Assembly: GCF_006345805.1 (NCBI RefSeq)
Contig: NW_021828051.1
Span: 1-34,859 of the forward strand
Direction: 5' to 3'
Source of the DNA: Octopus sinensis
Taxonomy: Eukaryota
Length of the DNA: 34,859 nucleotides
Shown piece by piece: positions 33,808 through 34,859 of the stretch (its first letter is position 1; every line of letters starts with the position of its first letter). The position numbers and the translations under genes were made by a program. Under the pieces are notes generated by a model. It was not told where the DNA came from, ran no database searches, and was given only the letters and a program-made list of their open reading frames with translations.

Positions 33808-34859
33808 TCATTGATCGATCGTTAAGTGTCTAATTAATATTCTGCATTTTTCTCTCATTTCATATATTTCCTGTCTTATCACAGCCGCCTGCTCATCCAA
33901 CTAGAACTATAAATTGCCACTTGCCTTATTAGATAGGCCACTCTTTTCTATTTCCGACTCCATTCTGACTGCCTCTATATTCCTAACGTGACTAAACATG
34001 CTCAGACAAACCTCAATTTTGAATTTTTACTTTTTATGTTCAGCAATAAAGACTTGACTTGTTTATAGTTGATTGGGCAGTGGAGGTCAGTAGAGACGTC
34101 AAAGTACTGCCTGGGGGTAGGCCGTTCCCTTAAATTAAGAAATATTAATAGTTACTTGGGAATAATTGATAAATTAATTTCAGTTTGATTAATACTAGTT
34201 TTATTTTATTATTTTACTTTTCTATATTTTTAATAAATTTTAAATTCGAATTGTTTGTTGTGGTGTTTTGTTGTAACTCGACACTATTTATTACTTAGAC
34301 TACATTTCTAACTCTAAATGACTATTTTCTGTATTTTTATCAACTTTTTTGACCTTTGATCTCCACTTTTTAATCACCATTCGACTCAGTCTTTCAATTT
34401 TGTCATCTGTCTATCAAAAAGTTAACATTTAGTCAAAATACTTGTTTTTTAGTCCTCAATATGAACTCCTGTTTATATTTAGTCACCGTCTCAGAGTAAT
34501 TAAGCCATTTCACTGAGCAAGAACATCTAAGCCAATCCAAATATGTTTTCTGGGCATTTTTCCGAGCCAGTTTTTTATTTCTTTTTAACTCGACGTGACT
34601 TTTCCAGGAATTAAAAGCCTGGGTCATAAAAATAGTTCATTTGGAGACCTTTCCTGTCAGTTTGTTCCCCCAATGGTAAAATGCTGTGTTCTGAGGGCCG
34701 TTTATGGCCTGTGCGTTCTCGAATGAGTACTTCCAGCGGATTAAAGTCTTTGAAAATACAAAAAATCTTTTAATTTGCTCGCTTTGGTTAATTAGAGACT
34801 ATTTTTGTTTTGATATAAATTGATTTTATACTTTTTTGTGTGTTTTAGTCACGTGGTGT
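33808..34859 (-). CDS. Protein with Sfi1-like (centrin-binding) repeats; 5' end outside the window; some junctions unresolved
   Basis: Segments AFYHWGNKLTGKAFNSW and AQKTYLDWLRCSCSVKW fit the AX7LLX3F/LX2W spacing. There is a 30-nt GT-AG intron and a 24-nt AAG|GCAAGT GC-AG intron (33924-33901). The stop at 33810-33808 is followed by AATAAA. Confidence 0.5.

Noticed and set aside
1-34859. tRNA, snRNA, SL RNA genes and telomeric repeats
   Set aside because: None were seen by eye. tRNAscan-SE and Infernal would be needed to exclude divergent copies.

Overview
AT-rich eukaryotic, most likely animal, DNA (POU homeobox, Shaker-like Kv and cathepsin L remnants). Compact gene islands are split by ultra-short spliceosomal introns, mostly 22-29 nt. 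This resembles dicyemids or similarly miniaturised parasites, but the taxon cannot be determined here. I rebuilt the host genes by hand-splicing: GET1/WRB-like and PDRG1 (+, 956-1980); NDUFS1 and an intronless POU gene (-, 6471-9671); and a co-directional minus-strand block of an Sfi1-repeat-like gene, a RhoGAP, MRPL38 and UAP1 (26.8-34.9 kb). Between the islands lie decayed Tc1, hAT/Buster, integrase-type, LINE and CRE-like elements, two 5S rRNA-like copies, and pseudogenes of a Kv channel, a cathepsin and a secreted repeat protein. The most striking unexplained signal is about 16 copies of an E2F-like motif (TTCCCGC/GCGGGAA, usually TTTCCCGCCAA) in the exons and tiny introns of UAP1, MRPL38 and the RhoGAP, in both orientations. 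I saw none in the first 26.7 kb. All counts and splice models were made by eye, and homologue sequences are recalled from memory, so both need computational confirmation.
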